NCBI GenBank assembly: GCA_045802645.1
Contig: JBJMQQ010000121.1
Span: 3,547-67,546 of the forward strand
Length of the DNA: 64,000 nt
Origin: Polyangia bacterium
GTDB lineage: Bacteria > Myxococcota_A > Polyangia > Fen-1088
Direction of reading: 5' to 3'
The stretch's first letter is position 1. Each line of letters starts with the position of its first letter. Both the position numbers and the translations under genes were made by a program. Below the pieces are notes generated by a model. That model had not been told where the DNA came from and ran no database searches. It saw only the letters and a list, made by a program, of their open reading frames with translations. This document shows, in pieces, positions 45,386 to 54,741 of this stretch.

Positions 45386-46168
45386 TTACTGGTCGTCTGA
45401 TTGGTTTTCGGACGGCGCCGGAGCTCGGCCGTCCGGGTCGGGCGGCGGAGGCGGTGCGTCGGCCCAGGACGTGTCGATCTTGGTCGGGTGATAGCTGTCC
45501 GCCCGCCCGTTCTTGAGGTCCTGATCGGGCGTCGCCGAGTAGATGGAGCGCTCACCCGGACCGGAGTAATCGATCCAGAACGCCGACTTGTCCTTGCGGA
45601 CGTCGAGGTGCACGAAGCTCGAGTTCGGGTAATAGCCGACGCCGACCTTTTCGAAATTCCGCCGCAGGTAGTCGCGCAGCTCGGCCGTCTTCACCCCTTC
45701 GACGCGGAAGTCGCAAGCCAGTCCCTGCATGTGCGGACTGTGCGGGTTCTTGGCGACGGTGGGATTGCGGTAGCCCGAAACGATCTCCAGCCGCCGCCCC
45801 GGCCAGTGGTGGCCGGTCGTGTAGAGAAGGCGCATGAGGCGCGGATCCATCTTGTGCTGCGTGTTGGTGTGGTGGCAGCGCAGCAGGTGATCGAACCGTC
45901 GCTGGAGCCCCTTCACCGGCCGCCCGTGCGCGTCGCGCAGCTTGAGCGGCATCGTCTCACGCCAGTTCACGTGATAGAGGACGACCGGCGCGTTCTTCGG
46001 CACCTTCGCCTTCGCGACCTTGGCGGGCTTGGCGCCGGTGCGCGGCTTGCCACCCTGGGTCGCCGGCCGCGCGGTTGCCGGCTTCGTCGACGCGCCGGCC
46101 GGCTGCGCCACGAGGGCCAGCAGACAGGTCGGGAGCGCCAGAAGCGCCAGGATCGCCAGCTTTCTCAT
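45386..46168 (-). CDS. Peptidase M15A / DUF882 (YcbK/MepK-like murein peptidase)
   Basis: Signal peptide LAILALLALPTCLLALVAQPAGA. Motifs SPHMQGLACDFRV (HxxGxAxD) and VGVGYYPNSSFVHLDVR. Confidence 0.8.
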   Translation of the reverse strand: MRKLAILALLALPTCLLALVAQPAGASTKPATARPATQGGKPRTGAKPAKVAKAKVPKNAPVVLYHVNWRETMPLKLRDAHGRPVKGLQRRFDHLLRCHHTNTQHKMDPRLMRLLYTTGHHWPGRRLEIVSGYRNPTVAKNPHSPHMQGLACDFRVEGVKTAELRDYLRRNFEKVGVGYYPNSSFVHLDVRKDKSAFWIDYSGPGERSIYSATPDQDLKNGRADSYHPTKIDTSWADAPPPPPDPDGRAPAPSENQSDDQ

Positions 46169-46204
46169 GCGAAGAAGGGGGGCCTGAGGTAATTGTGACC
46201 GGAC

Positions 46205-48820
46205 CTAGGGGGAGGGAGTCAACTTTCTCTTCAGCTCGACCAGCAGCTGGTGGGCGGCGCGGGGCGACAAATCGTCCGGATCGACGGCCTGCAGCGCGTC
46301 GGCGATCTCGGCCAGGGGCTGCGGCGGTGGCAACGGTTCGGCCTCCCGGGGCGGGGTCGCCGGGGCCGCCCCCCACAACCCCAGCTGAGCAGGTCCAGAG
46401 CGGCCGCCCGCCGCTGGCTGCGCTTCCAGCGCGCGCAGGATGGCCCCGGCGCGGGCCACCACCTCGGGAGGCAGGCCGGCCAGCTTGGCGACCTCGACGC
46501 CGAACGAGCGGTTGGCGCCGCCGGGCACCAGCTTGCGCAGGAACACCACCTCCCCCTTCCACTCGCGCGCGGCGACGCTGACGTTGCGCACGCGCGGCCG
46601 ATCGGCGGCCAGCGCCGCCAGCTCGTGGTAGTGGGTCGCGAACAGCGTCTTCGCGCCCAGGTGGTCGTGGAGGTGCTCCGCCACCGCCCAGGCGATCGAC
46701 ACGCCGTCGTAGGTCGACGTGCCGCGGCCGATCTCGTCGAGGACGATGAGACTCTGCGCCGTCGCGTGCCGGAGGATCTGGGCGGTCTCGCGCATCTCGA
46801 CCATGAACGTCGATTCGCCCCGGGCCAGGTTGTCGCCGGCGCCGACGCGCGTGAACACCCGATCGCAAAGCCCGATGCGCGCCGTGCGGGCCGCGACGAA
46901 CCCGCCCATCTGCGCCTGGATGACCGCCAGGGCGACCTGGCGCATCAGCGTCGACTTACCGGCCATGTTCGGGCCGCTCACGATCAGAATCTGCTCGGCC
47001 GCGGGGTCCAGCCGGACGTCGTTGGGAACGAAGCTGCCGGCGGCGGCCAGCTGCTCGACGACGGGATGGCGCGAGTCGCAGAGCTCGATGACGCCGCTCT
47101 CGTCGACCTCGGGGCGGCAGTAGCCGTTGCGGTGCGCGACCTCGGCCAACCCGGCCAGTGCGTCGGCCGCCGCGACCCTAGCCGCGACCGCCAGAAGGCG
47201 CTCCGCGTCGGCGGCCACCTGCGCGCGCAGCTTCGTGAAGAGCTCCAGCTCCAGCGCGACGCGACGCTCGTCAGCGGTCAGCACCGTGGCCTCGAACTCC
47301 GCCAGCTCGGGCGTGACGAACCGCTCTGCGTTGGCCACCGTCTGCTTGCGGCGATAGTCGGCCGGCACCGACGCCAGGTTCGAGCGCGTGACCTCGATGT
47401 AGTAGCCGAACACGCTGTTCAGCTTGATCTTCAACGACGGGATGCCCGTTCGCTCGCGCTCGCGGGTCTCGATCGCGGCGATGCGGTCGCGGCCGCCGTT
47501 CGCGATGTCGCGCAGCTCGTCCAGCTCGGGCGAGACCCCAGCGTTGACGTAGCCGCCGTCCTTCGTTAGCGCCGGCGCATCGGGGCGCAGCACACGCGTC
47601 AGCTCGGACGCCAGGTCCGTCGCCAGATCGTCGCCCAGCGCCAACCAGTCCGCCTCACCGCCCGCGGGCGCGCCGATCTCGCCGCGATGCGCTTCGTCCA
47701 GCTCGGCGGCCAGCGCGGGCAGCTCGCCCAGGGACCGCCCGAGCACGGCGAGATCGCGCGGCGTCGCCACGCCCAGGCGGGCCCGCCCGACCAGCCGTTC
47801 GAGATCCGCGATGTCGCCCAGCCGCTTGCGCGCCTTGTCGCGGGCGGCGTGCGCGCCGATCAGCCGTTCGACAGCGTCCTGCCGCCGCCGGATCGTGGCC
47901 AGATCCCGCGACGGGAACAGCAGCCACCGGCGTAGCATCCGGCCGCCCATCGCCGTGCGCGTTCGATCCAGGAGGTCGATGAGCGACCCGGCGCGCCGCC
48001 GCTCCTGCAGCGACTCGACCAGCTCCAGGTGGGCGCGCGCCTGCTCGTCGATGACCAGCGTGTCGGCGCGACGAACGACCTCCAGGCCGCCCAGGGCCAG
48101 CTCGGCGCCGGGCTGCGTCGCGCGGGCGTAGCGCAGGACCGCCGCCGCCGCGCGCGCGGCTTGCGGCACGCGTTCCAGCAGCGTCGCGTCGAACCGGGCG
48201 CCCAGCGCGCGCGACAGCTCGGGCGCGGTCTCGCCATCGTTGACGACGGCGCGCGGCAGGCGCGGAAACGCCGTCCGGATCCGCTCGGCCAGCAGCCCTT
48301 CCCGCTCGCCGCGCCCCAGCACCAGCTCGCGCGGGGCGGCGCGGCCGATCTCCTCGACCAGCAGATCCAGCGTGGGCGCCTCCGTGATCCGAAAATCGCC
48401 CGTCGTCACGTCCAGCAGCGCCAGGCCGTAGCCGGCGCGCGCCTCGCCCACGGCGGCGGCCACGTAGCTGGGCGCCCGCGGGTCCAGCGCCTCCTCGTCC
48501 AGGACCACGCCGGGCGTGATGACCCGGACGACGTCGCGCTTGACGATGCCGCGCGCGACCTTGGGGTCCTCGAGCTGCTCACACAGCGCGACCCGGTGTC
48601 CCAGCTCCGTGAGCTTGACCAGGTACGTGCGCACCGCGTGGTGCGGCACGCCGCACATCGGGACCGGGTCTTCCTTGCCCTTGTCCCGCGTCGTCAGCGT
48701 CAGGTCGAGGACACGCGCCGCGTAGACGGCGTCTTCATAGAAGAGCTCGTAGAAGTCCCCCAACCGGAACAGCACGAGGGCGTCCGGATACCTCGCCTTG
48801 ACGTCGAGGTACTGCCGCAT
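46205..48820 (-). CDS. mutS: DNA mismatch repair protein MutS
   Basis: N-terminal MRQYLDVKARYPDALVLFRLGDFYELFYEDA (mismatch-binding domain), Walker A GPNMAGKST, ILDEIGRGTSTYDG. 871 aa. Confidence 0.95.
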   Translation of the reverse strand: MRQYLDVKARYPDALVLFRLGDFYELFYEDAVYAARVLDLTLTTRDKGKEDPVPMCGVPHHAVRTYLVKLTELGHRVALCEQLEDPKVARGIVKRDVVRVITPGVVLDEEALDPRAPSYVAAAVGEARAGYGLALLDVTTGDFRITEAPTLDLLVEEIGRAAPRELVLGRGEREGLLAERIRTAFPRLPRAVVNDGETAPELSRALGARFDATLLERVPQAARAAAAVLRYARATQPGAELALGGLEVVRRADTLVIDEQARAHLELVESLQERRRAGSLIDLLDRTRTAMGGRMLRRWLLFPSRDLATIRRRQDAVERLIGAHAARDKARKRLGDIADLERLVGRARLGVATPRDLAVLGRSLGELPALAAELDEAHRGEIGAPAGGEADWLALGDDLATDLASELTRVLRPDAPALTKDGGYVNAGVSPELDELRDIANGGRDRIAAIETRERERTGIPSLKIKLNSVFGYYIEVTRSNLASVPADYRRKQTVANAERFVTPELAEFEATVLTADERRVALELELFTKLRAQVAADAERLLAVAARVAAADALAGLAEVAHRNGYCRPEVDESGVIELCDSRHPVVEQLAAAGSFVPNDVRLDPAAEQILIVSGPNMAGKSTLMRQVALAVIQAQMGGFVAARTARIGLCDRVFTRVGAGDNLARGESTFMVEMRETAQILRHATAQSLIVLDEIGRGTSTYDGVSIAWAVAEHLHDHLGAKTLFATHYHELAALAADRPRVRNVSVAAREWKGEVVFLRKLVPGGANRSFGVEVAKLAGLPPEVVARAGAILRALEAQPAAGGRSGPAQLGLWGAAPATPPREAEPLPPPQPLAEIADALQAVDPDDLSPRAAHQLLVELKRKLTPSP

Positions 48821-48891
48821 CAGCGCCGTGGGCGCCGCGGCCGGTGCGGGAGCCCGGGAGGGGTTCCCGCCTGCGTCGACCTCGGGGGCCG

Positions 48892-49053
48892 TTACTTCGC
48901 CTTGGGCGCGGCGGCCTTCTTCTTGGCCGGCTTGGCGCCGGCGGCGGCCTTCTCGCGGCCTGCCACCCGCTTCTTGGTGAGGCGCGCCTTCAGCTTCTTC
49001 TGGCGCACCTTGCGGCGCATCTTCATCGATCGGCGATTGTCCCGTCGTCCCAT
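48892..49053 (-). CDS. Candidate small (53 aa) highly basic protein, bS22/AURKAIP1-like core plus Lys/Ala-rich tail
   Basis: Internal ATG 49053 of ORF 48892-49104 gives MGRRDNRRSMKMRRKVRQKKLKARLTKKRVAGREKAAAGAKPAKKKAAAPKAK. A promoter-like element lies directly upstream. The stop is 71 nt before the mutS start. The low-complexity composition limits confidence. Confidence 0.4.
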   Translation of the reverse strand: MGRRDNRRSMKMRRKVRQKKLKARLTKKRVAGREKAAAGAKPAKKKAAAPKAK

Positions 49054-49063
49054 TTCGCCCGCC

Positions 49064-49091
49064 AGTATCCCGATTCGGCCGCGCCCGTCAA
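49064..49091 (-). promoter_or_regulatory. Candidate promoter giving a near-leaderless transcript of the small basic ORF (and possibly mutS)
   Basis: On the minus strand: TTGACG (49091-49086), 16 nt, GATACT (49069-49064). The -10 element ends 10 nt before ATG 49053. Confidence 0.35.
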
Positions 49092-49151
49092 GCGCGGCAA
49101 CCACTGGATTCCAAAGTTGTGCCCAAACGCGGCGCGTGTTAGCTGCGTACG

Positions 49152-51341
49152 ATGCAGCTTCCCAGCCTGCGGCGTCCGGTTGGCGCCTCGGTCCTGGCTG
49201 GCGTCGCGGGCGCCGGCCTCATCGACCTGCTGGCGACGGCGCCGCACGGCGGCGGAATGGGCGTCGCGGCGCTGGCGGTCGGCCTCTACGGGGCGACCGC
49301 GATCGTGGCCGGCCTGGCCGCCGACCTCGTGGCGCGGGCCATCGACGGCGCACGCCCCGCTGAATGGGGCGCGCTTCGCGAAGACCCCGACCGCGACCGC
49401 GCGGTGGCGGCGGGGATCCTCGCCGCGCTGACCGGCGCGCTGGTGATCGCGGTGGTGGCGGCCGCCGGGCAGCTCGCGCTCATCGGCAAGATGCAAAGCC
49501 AGCGGCTGGCCGTCATCGGCGCGGCCGGGATGGCGCTGATCGGCGCGCTACCGGGCGGCGTGGTGGCCGTGGCGTCGCTGCCGTTGTGGCGGCGCCTGTC
49601 GCGCGCCCTGCCCCGCCCGCGCGCGCTGGGCGCGACGGGGCTGTTGCTGGTCGCGCTGGCCGCGGCCGGCGCCCTCGCGTTCGTCGTGGCGCTGTCGCGC
49701 GCCGACTGGCGAGTGCTGGACCTTGGTCCGCTTTACGCGCTGGGCCTGGCGATCGTGCTCGGTGGCGCCCACGCCGTCTTCTGGTTTGGTTCGCGTGCCG
49801 GGCGCGGCGTTCGGGCGCGCTTGCCAGGCGTCGTCGGGATAGCGATTCCGGGCGCGCTGGCGCTGGTGGCGGCGGTGGCCCTGACGCTGGGGTCGCGCCT
49901 GCCCGAAGGCGATCCGGCGTTCGCGTCGGTCGACGACCACGCGCTCGGCCTGCGCGCTCTGGTCGGAGCCGCGCGCCGCCTGACGGACCACGACGGCGAC
50001 GGCTTCTCGGCCCGGTTCGGCGGCGGCGACTGCGACGACCACCGCGCCGACGTTTACCCGGGCGCCGAGGACATCCCCGGCGACGGCATCGATCAGAACT
50101 GCGAAGGCGGCGACGCGAAACCGGTGACCGCGGAGGCGCCCGCCGCCGCCGAGGCGCCGCCCGCGCCGGTCGAGCCGCGCGCCGGCGCGTTCAAGGGGAA
50201 CATCCTCATCGTCACCATCGACGCGTTCCGGGGCGATCGGTTGGGCGTCGCGGGATATGGGCGCCCGGCTGGGCGCTCCCTGACGCCGACGCTGGACGCG
50301 CTGGCCCGGCGCGGCGCCTACTTCAAGCGCGTCTGGTCGCAGGCCCCCAACACGCCCCGCAGCTTCCCGTCGATCCTGACCGGCCGCTACCCGACCGACA
50401 TCGCCTGGGACAAGCCCACGGTCAACTACCCGAACGTGCTGCCCAGCAACCACACCTTCTTCGAGTCGCTGCGCGCGGTGGGCCTCACGCCGATCGGGAT
50501 CTTCTCGCACTTCTACTTCACCGCCGACCGCGGGATCAGCCGCGGGTTCACCGAGTGGTCCGACGACGGCGCGCTCAGCATCGCGGAGTCGAACAAGGAC
50601 AGCGCCTCGCCGCGCATCGTGCCGCGCGTGATCGCGCGCTTGCAGCAGGCGGCGGCCCGCAAGCAGCGCTTCGTGATGTGGACGCACCTCTTCGAGCCGC
50701 ACTCCTCGTACATGGCGCACAAGGAGTTCCCCACGTCGCTGAGCGGCGTGCCGGGGCTGGTCGAGAAGTACGACTACGAGATCGCCTTCGCAGACCTCTG
50801 GGTGAAGAAGCTGTTCGACGCGCTCCACACGGCCGGCCTGGACAAGGACACCGCGATCGTCGTGATGGCCGACCACGGCGAGGCGTGGGGCGAGCACAAG
50901 GCCTACTTCCACGGGACCGACCTCTACGACGAGCAGACGCGGGTGCCGCTGATCATCGCCATCCCCGGCCAGACCCCGCGTGTGATCGATCAAGACGCCA
51001 AGCTGGTCGACGTCGCGCCGACCCTGCTGGACCTGGTGGGCGCGCCCGTGCCGGCCAACATGCGCGGCCGCAGCCTGCTGCCGGCGATCGAAGGCAAGCC
51101 GCTGGCGGCAGCGCCCGTCTATGCCGAGCTGATGCCGGCCACCGCCTGGCCCCACCAGGCGTCGATGATGGTCTCCGACGGACACAAGCTCATTCACCGC
51201 ATCACGGAGCGGCGCTGGGAGATGTACGACCTGCGCCGCGACCCGGGCGAGAAGAACAACCTCGCCGATCAGCCGGCCCAGGCTGCCCAGTTCGCGCAGC
51301 TCAAAGCCAAGCTGCTCGCGTTCGAGGAACGGCCGCGCTAG
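49152..51341 (+). CDS. Polytopic membrane protein with C-terminal sulfatase-like (alkaline-phosphatase superfamily) domain and a MopE-type metal-binding motif
   Basis: About 270 aa of TM helices, then DHDGDGFSARFGGGDCDDHRADVYPGAEDIPGDGIDQNCEGGD. The sulfatase fold follows: NILIVTIDAFRGD, QAPNTPRSFPSILTGRYP, MADHGEAWGEH. Confidence 0.8.
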   Translation: MQLPSLRRPVGASVLAGVAGAGLIDLLATAPHGGGMGVAALAVGLYGATAIVAGLAADLVARAIDGARPAEWGALREDPDRDRAVAAGILAALTGALVIAVVAAAGQLALIGKMQSQRLAVIGAAGMALIGALPGGVVAVASLPLWRRLSRALPRPRALGATGLLLVALAAAGALAFVVALSRADWRVLDLGPLYALGLAIVLGGAHAVFWFGSRAGRGVRARLPGVVGIAIPGALALVAAVALTLGSRLPEGDPAFASVDDHALGLRALVGAARRLTDHDGDGFSARFGGGDCDDHRADVYPGAEDIPGDGIDQNCEGGDAKPVTAEAPAAAEAPPAPVEPRAGAFKGNILIVTIDAFRGDRLGVAGYGRPAGRSLTPTLDALARRGAYFKRVWSQAPNTPRSFPSILTGRYPTDIAWDKPTVNYPNVLPSNHTFFESLRAVGLTPIGIFSHFYFTADRGISRGFTEWSDDGALSIAESNKDSASPRIVPRVIARLQQAAARKQRFVMWTHLFEPHSSYMAHKEFPTSLSGVPGLVEKYDYEIAFADLWVKKLFDALHTAGLDKDTAIVVMADHGEAWGEHKAYFHGTDLYDEQTRVPLIIAIPGQTPRVIDQDAKLVDVAPTLLDLVGAPVPANMRGRSLLPAIEGKPLAAAPVYAELMPATAWPHQASMMVSDGHKLIHRITERRWEMYDLRRDPGEKNNLADQPAQAAQFAQLKAKLLAFEERPR

Positions 51342-51354
51342 CGGCTCGCCTGAG

Positions 51355-52443
51355 TTAGCCGCCGCCCGCTGCGGCGTCCAGCCGGGCGGCCGCGTCGTCG
51401 CGCTCGCCGGGCGGCGTGCGGTCGAGGACGTACGCGCGGATCTCGCGCCAGTCGCCGGCACCCGGATCGCGACGCGCGCAGGCGATGGCCTTCAGCCACA
51501 GCGGATCCTCGGGCTCGTCGCGCCACCGCGCGGCGCGGATCCATTGCGCGCAGGCTTCGCGCGTGCGGCCGACCTGCTCCCAGACCTGCGCCCCGCGCGC
51601 CAGGCCGGACGCGCGGTCGGGCGTGTAGAAGGTCAGGTCCGTGAGCATCCGCTCGGTGCCGCCGAAGCGGCCGGCGCGGCCGAAGATCAGCGCGACCAGC
51701 GCCAGCACGTCAGGCGAGCTCGGGTCCTCGTCCAGCAGCAGCTCGGCCCAGGTCAGCGCGCGCGGCTGGTCGTCCAGCACCCAGGGGGCGGCGACGGCCA
51801 GCGGCAGCACGCGCGTCGACAGCGCAGGGCTCTGCAGAACCCAGTTCCCCAGGTCCTGCGGCAGCGGTGACGGCAACGGCGCCGGTGTTGCCGCGGCCCC
51901 GCCCGCGCCCGGCGCGACGCCTCCCAGCGCCGCCGCCAGCGCGAAGGCGGCGCGCGCGTCGTCGACGGCGTGTACCGACTTCCAGAAGTCGCCGGCCCGC
52001 GCGGCGGCGGCCGCGCGCAGCGGGATCAAGCGCTGTCCGCCGGCCGGATCGAGCCGGGCCACCGCTTCCAGGTCCCGGCTCTCCGGAACCGCCCGGCCCA
52101 GGGCTCGAAACGCCGCGGCACGCGCCTCCAGAAGCTCCGCGAGGCGCGCCGTCTCGGCCGCCGTTGGTCGGGCGCGCAGCACCGCGTCCAGGCGATAGGA
52201 GTGATCCAGGACCTGCAACGCGCGGAGCTCCAGGACCGGCTCGCCCGCCCCCCGCGCGGCGACGGCAGCCGCCCGCGCCTCGCGCGGCGACGGGATCGCC
52301 GGCAGCGGCGGGATCGAGGGGCGGCCGTCCAGCGGCGCGCCAAACCGCCAGGGCGGCCAGCTGCACCCGCCCGAAACCGCGACGCTGATCGCCGCGGCGA
52401 CGAGCGCGACACGAGACCACCGCCGCGTCACGACCGCCGCCAC
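51355..52443 (-). CDS. Ala-rich lipoprotein, unknown function
   Basis: Lipobox AAAISVAVSGGC|S. The start overlaps the upstream gene's end by 16 nt. Helical repeat-like sequence with no family recognised. Confidence 0.5.
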   Translation of the reverse strand: MAAVVTRRWSRVALVAAAISVAVSGGCSWPPWRFGAPLDGRPSIPPLPAIPSPREARAAAVAARGAGEPVLELRALQVLDHSYRLDAVLRARPTAAETARLAELLEARAAAFRALGRAVPESRDLEAVARLDPAGGQRLIPLRAAAAARAGDFWKSVHAVDDARAAFALAAALGGVAPGAGGAAATPAPLPSPLPQDLGNWVLQSPALSTRVLPLAVAAPWVLDDQPRALTWAELLLDEDPSSPDVLALVALIFGRAGRFGGTERMLTDLTFYTPDRASGLARGAQVWEQVGRTREACAQWIRAARWRDEPEDPLWLKAIACARRDPGAGDWREIRAYVLDRTPPGERDDAAARLDAAAGGG

Positions 52444-54707
52444 TCCCGCCGTCCGGGGATCGCGACGATGGCCAGGAAGGCGCCACCGGCGAACGCGCCG
52501 CCGAAGAAGGCCAGCATGGGCAAGCCGATCGGCTCCCGCAGCAGCGCCGCCGGTAACGTTGCCGCGGCCAACGGCGCCAGCGCCAGCGGCAAGCCCACCA
52601 GGCCCCGCAGGCCGCCCGCCAGCACCAGCAGGATCGCGATCGTCGCCGACGCCGCAATCAGCCCCGGCCGCAGCGCGCGGCTCCAGACTTCGGAAAGCGC
52701 CCGGTCGCAGGGGACGCCGCCGATCGACTGCGCGTCCAGGTGCAGCGCGCCGGCGGCGTCGGCGGCGACGGGGAGCCCGACCAGCGGCCCGATCGCCTCC
52801 AGCGTCGCGCTGCGGACCTCGTCCGCCAGCACGCCTTCGGTCGGCAGGTTCGCGCCGTACAACATCTCGCGAAAATCGATGCGCGCCGTGTGACGCCGCC
52901 GCAGCGCCGCCAGCCGCCGCGCCAGCGACGCGGCGGTCGCGTTGACGACCGCCGGGGGCATGCGCGGCCCGTAGACCGCCTCGACGACGGTGCGAACGTC
53001 ATCGGTGCTGGCTCCCGTCGCCAGCGCGCGCGCGCCCAGCACCAGCCGCTCGACCTGCCCCTCGGTCAGCGGAAACGGGTGGTGCGCCGCGAAGTTTCGG
53101 ACCGCGTCGCCAATCTCAGCGTCGAGTCGCGACGGCTCCGCGATGGGGATGAGGGCGACCGCCCGCGCCGTGCGCCGCACCGACAGCGCCTCAGCCGGCG
53201 TCAACGGCCGTCCCGAGCGCGCGCAGATCCGCGCCACCCGCTGCGCGAGGTCCCCCGCCAGAATGCCCTCGCCCACGAGCCGCGCCGTGGGATCCGTCGC
53301 GGGCGCCGTCAGATCGATCCGGGCCAGCGCGTGCCGCAGCTCGCGGTCCGCGTAACGCTGGGCGTGGGCGACGATCGCGGCGTGGTCGACCGTCGGATCG
53401 TCGTCGAAGCGCACGCCGATGAGCGCCTCCCGGTGATCGGCCGAAAGCTCGAGACGAACCGCCGGGTCGGTGCGGGTCTGAACCAGGATCCGCCGCAGCT
53501 CCTCGGGGTCCTCGGGGATGCCGCTGGCCTCCTTGCCGGCGAATGTGATCCCCAGGAACAGGTCGGCGATCGACCAGGCGTTGGCGACGCCGGGCTGCGC
53601 GCGCAGGTCGTCGGCCATCCGGCGGAGCTCACGCAGAACGACCGGCTCGTCGAGATCTCCGCGCACGCTGACGAAGAACATGGGCGCCGCGCTCCACTGC
53701 CGCGTCTGGACGCGAACCCGCGGCGCCAGCGCCGCCGTCTCCAGCACCAGCGCCGCCGACAGCCCCAGGATCCAGGGCAGGCCCGTGGGGCGCGCCGAGA
53801 CCACCGCTGCCGCGTCGCGGGCGCGGGATCCGAACAGCGCGACGGCGGCGGCAGCCAGCGCGGCGGCCGCCCCCATCCACCGCACGCCCGGCACCGGCAC
53901 CAGCACGAACGGCGCGGCCGCGGCGGCTGCCGTCGCCAGCGCCCGGCTGACACGCCGCCGGCCCAGTGGGAAACGCGCCCGTCGAACGGCCACCAGCACG
54001 AAGAAGACCCACGCCGCCGCGAACGCAGGCGGCAACAGCCGCGCCCGGTGGTGGCGCGGGTCGGGCCAAAGGGGCCGCGCTTCCAGCGCGCCCGTGGACG
54101 GCACGATCGACAGGCCCGAGTCCTGGATGGCCGTCGCCAGCGCCGGCTCGCTTCGTTCCCAGTCGTCGACGTCGACCAGGAATCGGACCCGGCGGCCGTT
54201 TTCGGTGAGAAACCAGCCCAGCGCGTCGGCGCGACGCACGATGCGCTGCCGCGCCTCCTCGTTCTCGCGCTCTTCCTGGGCCGCCGCGCCGGCCAGCGTT
54301 CGGCTAGCGCCCGGCCCGCGCGCGATTCGCCCCAGGTCGACGATCGCCCCGCGCCCGCGGCCCAGGACCCGCTGGGCGCTGGGTTTCCCGCTGGCGTCGA
54401 CGGTGATGTCCAGCAGGCCAGCCGGGCCAAACACCGCGCGCACGCCCGGGACCGCCGCCAGCCGCTGCTCGGCCAGCTCGACGGCGTGTCGGTTGGCGGC
54501 GTCGTAGACGTCGTCGACCTCCACCTCCACCTCGGTCAGCGCCGCAATCCCGAAACGGACGCCCGTTTCGCGCCCGCGGCTGACGGCGGGCGCCCGCGGA
54601 GGCGCCCACGCGAACGGATCCGGCGCGGCCTGTGCCGGGCGCGCGGCCGTCAGGCCCAGCGCGACGGCGGCCGTCGCCGCGAGGTTCGCCAGCTTGGCGC
54701 GATCCAC
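52428..54707 (-). CDS. Large multi-pass membrane protein (possibly RND/MMPL-superfamily-like exporter)
   Basis: Signal-like N-terminus ATAAVALGLTAARPAQA. Two soluble regions are each followed by clusters of hydrophobic helices (..AAAWVFFVLVAV.., ..LPWILGLSAALVLE.., ..IAILLVLAGGL.., ..MLAFFGGAFAGGAFLAIV). The family assignment is tentative. Confidence 0.45.
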   Translation of the reverse strand: MDRAKLANLAATAAVALGLTAARPAQAAPDPFAWAPPRAPAVSRGRETGVRFGIAALTEVEVEVDDVYDAANRHAVELAEQRLAAVPGVRAVFGPAGLLDITVDASGKPSAQRVLGRGRGAIVDLGRIARGPGASRTLAGAAAQEERENEEARQRIVRRADALGWFLTENGRRVRFLVDVDDWERSEPALATAIQDSGLSIVPSTGALEARPLWPDPRHHRARLLPPAFAAAWVFFVLVAVRRARFPLGRRRVSRALATAAAAAAPFVLVPVPGVRWMGAAAALAAAAVALFGSRARDAAAVVSARPTGLPWILGLSAALVLETAALAPRVRVQTRQWSAAPMFFVSVRGDLDEPVVLRELRRMADDLRAQPGVANAWSIADLFLGITFAGKEASGIPEDPEELRRILVQTRTDPAVRLELSADHREALIGVRFDDDPTVDHAAIVAHAQRYADRELRHALARIDLTAPATDPTARLVGEGILAGDLAQRVARICARSGRPLTPAEALSVRRTARAVALIPIAEPSRLDAEIGDAVRNFAAHHPFPLTEGQVERLVLGARALATGASTDDVRTVVEAVYGPRMPPAVVNATAASLARRLAALRRRHTARIDFREMLYGANLPTEGVLADEVRSATLEAIGPLVGLPVAADAAGALHLDAQSIGGVPCDRALSEVWSRALRPGLIAASATIAILLVLAGGLRGLVGLPLALAPLAAATLPAALLREPIGLPMLAFFGGAFAGGAFLAIVAIPGRREWRRS

Positions 54708-54741
54708 CCCCGAAAGGTACCACCGGCCGGTTGGTGGGCTC

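Noticed and set aside
46205-48820. Possible 5' truncation or pseudogenisation of mutS, because it starts at MRQYL with no upstream extension.
   Set aside because: The upstream in-frame codons contain no ATG/GTG and encode Ala/Pro-rich sequence. The 871-aa ORF carries the mismatch-binding and ATPase motifs I checked (Walker A GPNMAGKST, ILDEIGRGTSTYDG). A short N-terminus is normal for MutS.
49364-51461. A 664-aa alternative-frame ORF and a 637-aa antisense ORF across the sulfatase-like gene.
   Set aside because: The translations are Arg/Gly/Pro runs. Frame 49152-51341 holds the sulfatase-fold motifs and TM helices.
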